A stretch of 64,000 nucleotides of DNA, taken from positions 64,001 through 128,000 of the IMG/VR virus record IMGVR_UViG_3300020366_000001, one strand, 5' to 3'. Position numbers and translations under genes: made by a program. Below are positions 48,690 through 55,130 of the stretch, one piece after another. Source of the DNA: a virus (Duplodnaviria; Caudoviricetes). The notes beneath the pieces were generated by a model that saw only the letters and a list, made by a program, of their open reading frames with translations, did no database searches and was not told the DNA's origin. The stretch's first letter is position 1. Each line of letters begins with the position of its first letter.

Positions 48690-48851
48690 TTAGCGATACT
48701 TAGTGCAGGCGTCGTCGTAGGATGACCCCACGGGCACCGCCTCGCAGAAGCGGGTCATCTTAGCGTCTTGCATCTCAGAGACTGAGGTGATGGCGTTGGT
48801 GCCGATCAGGGTGCCGAAGAAGACGACGACGGCGAGGAGAGCGATTCGCAT
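48690..48851 (-). CDS. Small membrane/secreted early protein (53 aa, not in track)
   Basis: MRIALLAVVVFFGTLIGTNAITSVSEMQDAKMTRFCEAVPVGSSYDDACTKYR; TATAAT at 48873-48878. Confidence 0.7.
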   Translation of the reverse strand: MRIALLAVVVFFGTLIGTNAITSVSEMQDAKMTRFCEAVPVGSSYDDACTKYR

Positions 48852-48883
48852 TGGTTGGTTGCTGTTGGTGAAATTATAGCAGA

Positions 48884-49069
48884 TCAGTGGCGATCTGAGA
48901 TGTTCCAGGTTCCCCAGTCTGCGGACTCCAGACCCTGGCGGATCCGATCGCGACGCTGAGTCTCAGCACGCATCCGACGGATCTCGTCTTCCATCACCTG
49001 CTGAATCAGAGGAGAGGGGTTGGCGTTGGTCAGGAACAGACCGCCGTGCTGAGGAGTGAGGTTGGTCAT
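48884..49069 (-). CDS. Hypothetical early protein (61 aa)
   Basis: Start MTNLTPQHGG lies just downstream of the promoter element. Confidence 0.65.
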   Translation of the reverse strand: MTNLTPQHGGLFLTNANPSPLIQQVMEDEIRRMRAETQRRDRIRQGLESADWGTWNISDRH

Positions 49070-49093
49070 CGGTTGCTTTGCTTTGTTGTTCAT

Positions 49094-49151
49094 AGTATGG
49101 CAGTGATGGGGGAGAAAGTCAACAGGCAGTGGACAGGCATCCCTTTGGCAC
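49094..49151 (-). promoter_or_regulatory. Early promoter element, copy 1
   Basis: GTGCCA...CTGTCCAC-N29-CATACT, with TTGACT 17 bp before the -10. Confidence 0.7.
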
Positions 49152-49832
49152 ACACCCTGTCAGGCGACGCCAGGTGAGGGCGAACTGAATGCTCTTCTCT
49201 GTCATCCCACCCTGGCGGCGATGACCTTTGACCTGCCACCCGTCTGGGGTATAGTAGAAGGTGATGGCGCACCTGCTCACGGTGTGACCGATGAAGTGCT
49301 CATCAGTATGGGCGAGGTGCCAGTCCTTCACGTCCGTCACGCAGTGGCGGCAGAACTTACCCGACCGAAGCAAGCGGACTAGGTTGGCAATCTCCTGGCG
49401 GGTCAAAATGAACCACTCGGTTCCACCCTTGCCGTTGTATAGGTGGCGGTACTCCTCAGGCAGATTCTCAGACCAGGGACCTGGCACGGTGCTGCACTTC
49501 TTACTGTTGCGCAGTCGCTCGTGGACGATCGCCTCGGTTGCCTTAACGCGATTGCTCAGCACTAGGGCAATGAATTCTGTATCACCGTCGTTGCTGGTCT
49601 GGTGTCCCTCTAGCATTGCCATCGTCGCTTTCTCACCACCAGAGGCAAGACCGATTTTCACCGCGACGTAATCTGACTCGTCAGCGGTGACGACGTTGGA
49701 ATGGGACACCATAAAGTAGAGGACGCCAGCACCACCCGCACCTGATCCAGAGGTGCGCTTATGGGCGGTTGCCTTGTCTACCGTGATGGTGGCAGAGTCG
49801 AAGACGGGACGATCAGCGTAGAGAGTCGTCAT
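49119..49832 (-). CDS. T5orf172/MUG113-like (GIY-YIG superfamily) protein
   Basis: LYFM...VKIGLA...HQTSN...EAIVHERL...GGTEWF signature. Confidence 0.65.
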   Translation of the reverse strand: MTTLYADRPVFDSATITVDKATAHKRTSGSGAGGAGVLYFMVSHSNVVTADESDYVAVKIGLASGGEKATMAMLEGHQTSNDGDTEFIALVLSNRVKATEAIVHERLRNSKKCSTVPGPWSENLPEEYRHLYNGKGGTEWFILTRQEIANLVRLLRSGKFCRHCVTDVKDWHLAHTDEHFIGHTVSRCAITFYYTPDGWQVKGHRRQGGMTEKSIQFALTWRRLTGCVPKGCLSTAC

Positions 49833-49858
49833 TTCGTAGAGTTCGTTTCGATGCCATT

Positions 49859-49917
49859 AATATACCCCCACCCTGGGGAGGATGGGGGCGATTGTGGACA
49901 GTTCAGAGTTCGTCCAC
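49859..49917 (-). promoter_or_regulatory. Early promoter element, copy 2
   Basis: GTGGACGAA-CTCTG-AACTGTCCAC-N29-TATATT. Confidence 0.75.
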
Positions 49918-50148
49918 CATTTCGTCTAGTTCTGCCTCGTCTAGGTTAGGATCGTCGTAGGCAACGCCATCGCCTGTGTGAGTGATGCCGAGGTCGCTAA
50001 GAGTGCGAACCACGTGCTGCCAATCGTAACAGCGACGGGCGAGGTGGTAAAGACCCTCATCGTTGCCGATCCAGAGGGCAGCGTTCCAGGTCTCATAGTT
50101 TGCCCATCCGTTGAAGGTCGAATCCTGTGCCATTGGTGTTGCGGTCAT
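49903..50148 (-). CDS. Conserved phage hypothetical protein (NGWxNYETWN family)
   Basis: FNGWANYETWNAALWIGNDEGLY motif; acidic tail; start at 50148 or 50133. Confidence 0.75.
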   Translation of the reverse strand: MTATPMAQDSTFNGWANYETWNAALWIGNDEGLYHLARRCYDWQHVVRTLSDLGITHTGDGVAYDDPNLDEAELDEMVDEL

Positions 50149-50278
50149 CGGGTCGTACGATTGCAGAGGTTTCATTGAGTAGGTTAGCAGCGCCAACCCG
50201 TGCACCGTTGCGAACGTCATCATTCGCAACAAGGACGCCAGCGCCGAAGGCAGCAGCGTAGGAGAGGATCCGAATCAA
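50093..50278 (-). CDS. Hypothetical membrane protein
   Basis: TTG start overlaps the upstream TGA; N-terminal hydrophobic helix. Confidence 0.5.
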   Translation of the reverse strand: MIRILSYAAAFGAGVLVANDDVRNGARVGAANLLNETSAIVRPDDRNTNGTGFDLQRMGKL

Positions 50279-50415
50279 AGGTTGTCAGCGATGAGGTTCA
50301 GGATAGCAGAGGCGTCGTCCATTTCGGCATTCACCTCTTCACGGTCGAAGAGCGCGTCTTGAATGAGAGCGTCAAGAGCGTCATCCTCGAAAGGGCAGAG
50401 ATCAGTGTTGAGCAT
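50275..50415 (-). CDS. Very acidic 46-aa protein (not in track)
   Basis: MLNTDLCPFEDDALDALIQDALFDREEVNAEMDDASAILNLIADNL, directly after a promoter element. Confidence 0.7.
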   Translation of the reverse strand: MLNTDLCPFEDDALDALIQDALFDREEVNAEMDDASAILNLIADNL

Positions 50416-50438
50416 CTGTGTTGGTTGTGAACGTTTTG

Positions 50439-50496
50439 ATTATAGGATGCCGAGGCGACTCAGCAACCAGTTGTAGACCAGTTCGGTGAGTGTCAC
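50439..50496 (-). promoter_or_regulatory. Early promoter element, copy 3
   Basis: GTGACACT-CACCG-AACTGGTCTAC-N28-TATAAT. Confidence 0.75.
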
Positions 50497-50729
50497 AGGG
50501 CAGCGACCCCGTACAGTTCGTTCTCACGCTTTGCCCAATTGCAGAACCTGCCAAAGGACACGCTAGGGCGAGCGGTGATCTCACACCATAGCAGACGGAG
50601 TTGGTCGCGGCGTCGTACCTGATAGGCGGCGACACTGCCAGAGATCCAAGCGACTTGAACCCGACGCGAGGTGAGTGGGAGGATGATCCCATCAACAGCG
50701 CTCGAACGGTCTTCAGTGTTCAGGAACAT
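50493..50729 (-). CDS. KTSC-like small protein
   Basis: SSAV...VQVAW.SG...Y...SFGRFCN pattern resembles the KTSC domain. Confidence 0.5.
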   Translation of the reverse strand: MFLNTEDRSSAVDGIILPLTSRRVQVAWISGSVAAYQVRRRDQLRLLWCEITARPSVSFGRFCNWAKRENELYGVAAL

Positions 50730-50752
50730 AGGTGCCTTGCTTTGACTCTTCT

Positions 50753-50809
50753 AATATACAGGAGAGGGAGGGGAATGGGGTGATTGGTGGACACCCCGTC
50801 GATTGTCAC
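50753..50809 (-). promoter_or_regulatory. Early promoter element, copy 4
   Basis: GTGACAATC-GACGG-GGTGTCCAC-N28-TATATT. Confidence 0.75.
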
Positions 50810-50985
50810 AGGAACTGAGACGGATCGCCGTAATCTCCAATATGGTTGCCGAAGGGGTCACGCACCTCAGCGTAACCGAATTCATCAGCGAGACTGAGGC
50901 AGATGTCCCACGCCTGATCCTCGCTGAGGCAGGACTCAGACTCCTGGGGTTGGTGTGGGACTAAGACGCTGTAACGGTTTGCCAT
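50806..50985 (-). CDS. Acidic hypothetical protein (59 aa, not in track)
   Basis: MANRYSVLVPHQPQESESCLSEDQAWDICLSLADEFGYAEVRDPFGNHIGDYGDPSQFL. Confidence 0.7.
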   Translation of the reverse strand: MANRYSVLVPHQPQESESCLSEDQAWDICLSLADEFGYAEVRDPFGNHIGDYGDPSQFL

Positions 50986-51008
50986 TGAACTTTGATTGAA
51001 CTGAGGTC

Positions 51009-51065
51009 AGTATAGGGCACCAGCGTGGCAATGGTGAAAATGATGGACAGTCCCATAACTGTCAC
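51009..51065 (-). promoter_or_regulatory. Early promoter element, copy 5
   Basis: GTGACAGT-TATGGG-ACTGTCCAT-N28-TATACT. Confidence 0.75.
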
Positions 51066-51292
51066 GCTCCAACGTATTTCACTTTAATTTCGGTGTAGGA
51101 TTCCAACAGTTCAGGATAATAGTCCTCAACCTCAGTTATCAACTCATCAACAGAATAGTCCTCTAAAGTATGATTGAGGGAGTCGTAGACAAATTGATAC
51201 ATTGTCTTGTGATCCATCCCGTCAATGATACTTTCAATGTACGCCTCCTGAAGTTGATCACGATCAATGATGTTGTCGGTTGATTGTGTCAC
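51062..51292 (-). CDS. Acidic hypothetical protein
   Basis: 76 aa; YIESIIDGMD...ELITEVEDYYPELL. Confidence 0.7.
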   Translation of the reverse strand: MTQSTDNIIDRDQLQEAYIESIIDGMDHKTMYQFVYDSLNHTLEDYSVDELITEVEDYYPELLESYTEIKVKYVGA

Positions 51293-51320
51293 TGATGGTC
51301 TCCGTTGTTTGGATGTGTTT

Positions 51321-51378
51321 ATTATACAGGATCAGGATTGATACTGATTGGGTTAGTGGACACTTCAGAAAGTGTCAC
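51321..51378 (-). promoter_or_regulatory. Early promoter element, copy 6
   Basis: GTGACACTT-TCTG-AAGTGTCCAC-N29-TATAAT. Confidence 0.8.
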
Positions 51379-51555
51379 TGGTTCACTTGCAAAGGTGTTG
51401 TATTGAATTATAATACTATCGATGTCTTTCTGTTCTAATTCTGTATACAATCTCTCCAGTTCTTTCATATAATTGTATTCATCGATTGTATCCATTAACT
51501 CTTGCATTCTATGGGATACAATCTGTTTTATTAAATCTCTTTTAGTAACTGTCAT
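51322..51555 (-). CDS. Hypothetical protein (AT-rich gene)
   Basis: 77-aa ORF, ATGA-coupled. Confidence 0.6.
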   Translation of the reverse strand: MTVTKRDLIKQIVSHRMQELMDTIDEYNYMKELERLYTELEQKDIDSIIIQYNTFASEPVTLSEVSTNPISINPDPV

Positions 51556-51725
51556 TCTATCTCTTCTATATCAACAACGGTTAACTCTTCATCGTCCCCT
51601 ATCTCCAACATATCTTTAAAATCCCAACTATGTGGATTCCAAGGGGTTTCAATCTCTAGCGTTATTTGATATTTTGTAATTTCCAAGTTTTGATTTAATG
51701 CAGGAATGTGAGAAAGCAAAGGCAT
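51552..51725 (-). CDS. Acidic hypothetical protein (57 aa, not in track)
   Basis: MPLLSHIPALNQNLEITKYQITLEIETPWNPHSWDFKDMLEIGDDEELTVVDIEEIE. Confidence 0.55.
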   Translation of the reverse strand: MPLLSHIPALNQNLEITKYQITLEIETPWNPHSWDFKDMLEIGDDEELTVVDIEEIE

Positions 51726-51762
51726 TGGAAAAAATCAAAAAACGCTAGAGTTAATTATAACA

Positions 51763-52086
51763 CTAAACGGTGATTTGTGCAGACCACCAGTCACCAGTAT
51801 ACTCAACTTCACCTTCGGGAGTGTTAATGAACCAATCGAACTTACGTTGGAACACGTTGTAACCACAGAACTCGAAAAGCAACACATTAAGAATTTGCTT
51901 AGTTGTTGCTGTCCAATAACCGCAGTTATTGATGCTGATGCTGTTGTTCGAGATTGCACCAATCAAGTGACCGTGAAAGGTGATAGATGCCGAACCATTA
52001 TCGTGCCACGTCACGCAACGGTTACCCTTAGAGAAGGGACGAAAGTTGCGGATGGCGGTGATCATTTCCTGGTCAACTTTGCGCAT
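51763..52086 (-). CDS. Conserved phage hypothetical protein
   Basis: MRKVDQEMITAI...FHGHLIG...GYWTATTKQILN...VFQRKFDWF. Confidence 0.75.
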   Translation of the reverse strand: MRKVDQEMITAIRNFRPFSKGNRCVTWHDNGSASITFHGHLIGAISNNSISINNCGYWTATTKQILNVLLFEFCGYNVFQRKFDWFINTPEGEVEYTGDWWSAQITV

Positions 52087-52131
52087 AATGAAGAGAGAGT
52101 GAGTGTGTACGTAAGGTGGACAGGTGAGAGA

Positions 52132-52299
52132 TCAGATCTTGAGTTCACCCATCATAGAACCTTCAAGGGTGCCACACAGGGCGCTGAGGTCGTTGTAGAG
52201 TTCGTCATCGGGACCGATACGATTGAGGATGCTGTCGAGAGCATCGATCGCACGCTGAGTCTCGGTGGCGGTCATCGAAGTTTGAATGATGGTGGGCAT
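52132..52299 (-). CDS. Hypothetical early protein (55 aa, not in track)
   Basis: MPTIIQTSMTATETQRAIDALDSILNRIGPDDELYNDLSALCGTLEGSMMGELKI, after a promoter element. Confidence 0.65.
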   Translation of the reverse strand: MPTIIQTSMTATETQRAIDALDSILNRIGPDDELYNDLSALCGTLEGSMMGELKI

Positions 52300-52320
52300 T
52301 GGTTGCTTGCGAATGACTGT

Positions 52321-52378
52321 ATTATAGCGGAGTGGGAGACAGATGGGAGATGCCTAGGACACTTCGTCAACTGTCTAC
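52321..52378 (-). promoter_or_regulatory. Early promoter element, copy 7
   Basis: GTAGACAGTT-GACG-AAGTGTCCTA-N28-TATAAT. Confidence 0.75.
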
Positions 52379-52420
52379 CACTCCTGTGATAGTTGTGTCG
52401 GGTCTCCCCTCCACTCACCT

Positions 52421-52479
52421 AATATACACGATCACGGAGGTCACACAACCTAGGGTGTGCCACTTTCCTCACCGACCAC
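52421..52479 (-). promoter_or_regulatory. Early promoter element, copy 8 (no clear ORF of its own)
   Basis: GTGGTCGGT-GAGGA-AAGTGGCAC-N30-TATATT. Confidence 0.65.
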
Positions 52480-52866
52480 GATGGCATCAGGGGGGAGTGT
52501 GCTACCTTGGAAAGCGTCCCATCCATCATCCAATTTATCAGGAGTCTGTGTAATCATATGGTCCAGGGTAAGGTTACCCATTTGGATACGTTCATTAATA
52601 AACTTACCAATGCTGAAATCCTCTCTGTCGATGGTGTCTTCCACATCCTCGACTAGATTGTCATTGTCATCTCTATCTTGCTCACCTTCAAGTAGACCAC
52701 AAAGTTGCATAAAAGCAGACTGAAATTCGTCTAAGTCTTTGCATTTATATGCATATTGTTTGTTTTTATTACTCTTATAGATGATTTTTACATTACTTAG
52801 ATCATAGTCTAACTCCAAGTAGTCAATAGCACCACTAGGGAGTTCTTCGTAAACCTTGTTAGTCAT
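52450..52866 (-). CDS. Acidic KTSC-like protein
   Basis: SGAIDYLELDYD...VKIIY...YAY...SIGKFIN pattern with an acidic insert; TATACT boxes upstream. Confidence 0.55.
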   Translation of the reverse strand: MTNKVYEELPSGAIDYLELDYDLSNVKIIYKSNKNKQYAYKCKDLDEFQSAFMQLCGLLEGEQDRDDNDNLVEDVEDTIDREDFSIGKFINERIQMGNLTLDHMITQTPDKLDDGWDAFQGSTLPPDAIVVGEESGTP

Positions 52867-52941
52867 CTTAATGTCTTTCTATAGTATACAGTATAGCACG
52901 TGGGTGGGAAAATGAAAACCCTTAAAGGTTAAGAAAGTAAG

Positions 52942-53007
52942 TTTTTGACTTTTTTAACTTTTTCATTATTTCGGTTTTCTGACTTTCTTGACTTTTTCAG
53001 TTTCTTG
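52942..53007. repeat. T-rich ~9-bp imperfect tandem repeat (TTTyTGACT)
   Basis: TTTTTGACT, TTTTTAACT, TTTTCATTA, TTTCTGACT, TTCTTGACT, TTTTCAGT in a non-coding stretch. Confidence 0.75.
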
Positions 53008-53076
53008 TGTTAGACTGCAGGCTAAGACCCCCAGTTATCTCAGTATTGTAAGAGATATAGAACACATAAACTATAT

Positions 53077-53129
53077 TTTTCCACATATTTAATAAGTTTT
53101 CCACAGATATGTGGATAACCTGTGGAAAA
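53077..53129. promoter_or_regulatory. Cluster of four DnaA boxes
   Basis: TTTTCCACA at 53077-85 and 53097-105 (+); TGTGGATAA at 53110-18 and TGTGGAAAA at 53121-29 (-); a fifth TGTGGAAAA at 53542-50. Confidence 0.7.
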
Positions 53130-53138
53130 GCATTGGTA

Positions 53139-53288
53139 TCACTGGGAGCGGAGGGTCCGCACATAGGTATTAAAACTGTCTGACATAGTGTAGTAACCAG
53201 ATGCTACTATTAGTTGACCACTAAAGACAATTGCTGTACATATACCCCAGAATATGTAATACATTTGGGACTTAACTTGGTGGTTCAT
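53139..53288 (-). CDS. Small TM protein
   Basis: MNHQVKSQMYYIFWGICTAIVFSGQLIVASGYY; start uncertain. Confidence 0.55.
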   Translation of the reverse strand: MNHQVKSQMYYIFWGICTAIVFSGQLIVASGYYTMSDSFNTYVRTLRSQ

Positions 53289-53463
53289 ACTTAGGTACTG
53301 GGTAGGAGATGATGATTCTTTGGGTGTTGTTACCTTGGGAGTCAAGCATAGACTGGCGATGGAGTGTTGCATCAGGGATAGCATTAAGGATATTGGATAG
53401 GGAGTTATTCAATACCATTTGTTGTTTAGGTGTCATTGTAAGTGTGATAACCAAAGGGACCAA
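53272..53463 (-). CDS. Hypothetical protein
   Basis: 63-aa ORF ending LDSQGNNTQRIIISY...; start uncertain. Confidence 0.5.
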   Translation of the reverse strand: MVPLVITLTMTPKQQMVLNNSLSNILNAIPDATLHRQSMLDSQGNNTQRIIISYPVPKYEPPS

Positions 53464-53659
53464 GTTATGTTTGTCTTCTTAATACCAAGCAATATGATTG
53501 ATGAAGCAAAAAGAAGAGATAGTAAGAATGGATACAATCCTTGTGGAAAACGTTCGTTTTTTGGTGGATCCAACATAAAATAGTATGTGTTAACGGACAA
53601 GACTATGAACTGAAACCCATCACACTTTCGTTATACGTTTTGAATTGAGGTTACAAACA

Positions 53660-53821
53660 ATGCACAACTTAATGTCACACAATCAGTTGGAGGGATGGAG
53701 AGAATCTATCAAAGATGCAGTTGATAAGCAAGATGATTACTTTGACTGTTTAATCGAGTGTACGACAGAGGGGCGTCATACACGTGAATGCAGAAGAGTC
53801 TGTCGGGAAATGCTTATGTGA
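53660..53821 (+). CDS. Small Cys-containing protein (53 aa, not in track)
   Basis: MHNLMSHNQLEGWRESIKDAVDKQDDYFDCLIECTTEGRHTRECRRVCREMLM; GAGG RBS; CxxxC...CxxxC. Confidence 0.75.
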   Translation: MHNLMSHNQLEGWRESIKDAVDKQDDYFDCLIECTTEGRHTRECRRVCREMLM

Positions 53822-53822
53822 T

Positions 53823-53881
53823 GTGACAATCGTAGTAGTGGTATACACCCCCTTGACCTAAGGTTGAGGGGGTTTTATGCT
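53823..53881 (+). promoter_or_regulatory. Early promoter element, copy 9 (plus strand), overlapping a hairpin terminator
   Basis: GTGACAATC-GTAGT-AGTGGTATAC-N29-TATGCT with TTGACC exactly 17 bp before the -10; hairpin ACCCCCTTGACC-TAA-GGTTGAGGGGGT. Confidence 0.55.
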
Positions 53882-54061
53882 GTCTGGAGTCATTTTAATA
53901 GTTTGCGTGAGCGTTTCTTGTTGTTTCATATACAATTTAATGAAACTTTTAGCAAGGTCTCTTAGAATGACAACATCATCAATTGCGTCGATTTCTCTAC
54001 GTACCTTGTCATATTCAAAGTTTTTGCTCATCGTCGAGAGCAGTATGTCGTCGGGATTCAT
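53858..54061 (-). CDS. Conserved small hypothetical protein
   Basis: MNPDDILLSTMSKNFEYDKVRREID...FIKLYMKQQE. Confidence 0.7.
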   Translation of the reverse strand: MNPDDILLSTMSKNFEYDKVRREIDAIDDVVILRDLAKSFIKLYMKQQETLTQTIKMTPDSIKPPQP

Positions 54062-54233
54062 AAGCTTTAGTTTCTAATTCATTAATGAGACTGTGCACAC
54101 CTTCGTGTGTGATAGGATGGGGTAGAGCTTGCAATGCGCAACGCAATACGGATGCTTGTAAATGTTCCAATCGATAATCTTCATCTGAAGACTCTAGTCC
54201 AAAATAGAATTGAAATCGATCGAGTGAAGACAT
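54015..54233 (-). CDS. Hypothetical protein
   Basis: 72-aa ORF. Confidence 0.5.
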   Translation of the reverse strand: MSSLDRFQFYFGLESSDEDYRLEHLQASVLRCALQALPHPITHEGVHSLINELETKAYESRRHTALDDEQKL

Positions 54234-54262
54234 TACTAATTACCTAAAACACATTACTAATT

Positions 54263-54451
54263 ATGGCGTGTAAAAATTGCGGTGGCAATATGTCACTGGA
54301 TGAACTAGAAAACCAAATGTTTGCTCATCTCTGGACAAAGACTGATGATGGGTGGACAGTTAAGTGTGAAGATGGTACACTAGTTACATTCGCTTCAGTT
54401 AGTGAAGCAAAAGAATTTATACTAAGTGGTGAGCACCGCGACAATGGATAG
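54263..54451 (+). CDS. Hypothetical protein with N-terminal CxxC
   Basis: 62-aa ORF overlapping the next gene's start. Confidence 0.55.
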   Translation: MACKNCGGNMSLDELENQMFAHLWTKTDDGWTVKCEDGTLVTFASVSEAKEFILSGEHRDNG

Positions 54452-55130
54452 ACAAGGAAAGAAAGTCATCAAACACACTGTTGAGTGTGACACAATGATT
54501 AGAGAGTATCCTAATCACGTACCACCTGAGTTCTGTGATATGTTGATTAAGTATACTGAAGATCTATACAATGGACACATCAATAATGAACCAACAGGGA
54601 CAAATACAGAGGCGTCAAAGTTTGAACGTTCAGATTACTTTTATTGGTTGACTGAAGGTACATCACCTAGTGTACGTAATACACTATTGAGTGGATGGGG
54701 TAAGTTGGCGCAACGTCAATACCTTGAAGAGTTTAGTCAATTAGCATTGAATGATTTCTGGATGAGTGCTGCTAAAGTGCATCGTACTGAACCAGGACAA
54801 GCATTTCATAGTTGGCATTACGATAATGCTGGTTTCTTTGTTGCTGATCGTGAGTTTGTCTTTATCACCTATCTAAATGATGATTTTGAAGGTGGTGAGA
54901 CTGAATTCTTGTATCAAGGTGTTAGAGTGAAACCTGAAAAGGGAAAGACTGTTATCTTCCCCGCAGGTTATACTCATATGCACCGTGGTAATCCTCCCAT
55001 CAAAGGTAACAAATACATTGCAACAACGTGGGCATCAAAATTACCAAGAATGGATCGTGAAACTGGTGACGCTGGTGAAATGAAGTTCATTGGTCCTAGT
55101 GAACAAATGATCAGTTACTATAAAGGTTGA
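54444..55130 (+). CDS. 2OG-Fe(II) oxygenase (prolyl-hydroxylase-like)
   Basis: FHSWHYD, YLNDDFEGGETEF, FPAGYTHMHRG and KYIATTW motifs. Confidence 0.88.
   Translation: MDRQGKKVIKHTVECDTMIREYPNHVPPEFCDMLIKYTEDLYNGHINNEPTGTNTEASKFERSDYFYWLTEGTSPSVRNTLLSGWGKLAQRQYLEEFSQLALNDFWMSAAKVHRTEPGQAFHSWHYDNAGFFVADREFVFITYLNDDFEGGETEFLYQGVRVKPEKGKTVIFPAGYTHMHRGNPPIKGNKYIATTWASKLPRMDRETGDAGEMKFIGPSEQMISYYKG

Noticed and set aside
51775-52389. 204-aa plus-strand ORF
   Set aside because: Antisense to two promoter-supported minus-strand genes and crosses a promoter element
53551-53600. CGTTC...ACGGA as a glnA/Downstream-peptide glutamine riboswitch
   Set aside because: The characteristic GGAAGTA segment and pairing could not be found by eye; needs an Infernal search
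53660-53821. Small Cys protein as CP12
   Set aside because: Lacks the AWD.VEEL core and the C-terminal C..NP...EC..YD motif
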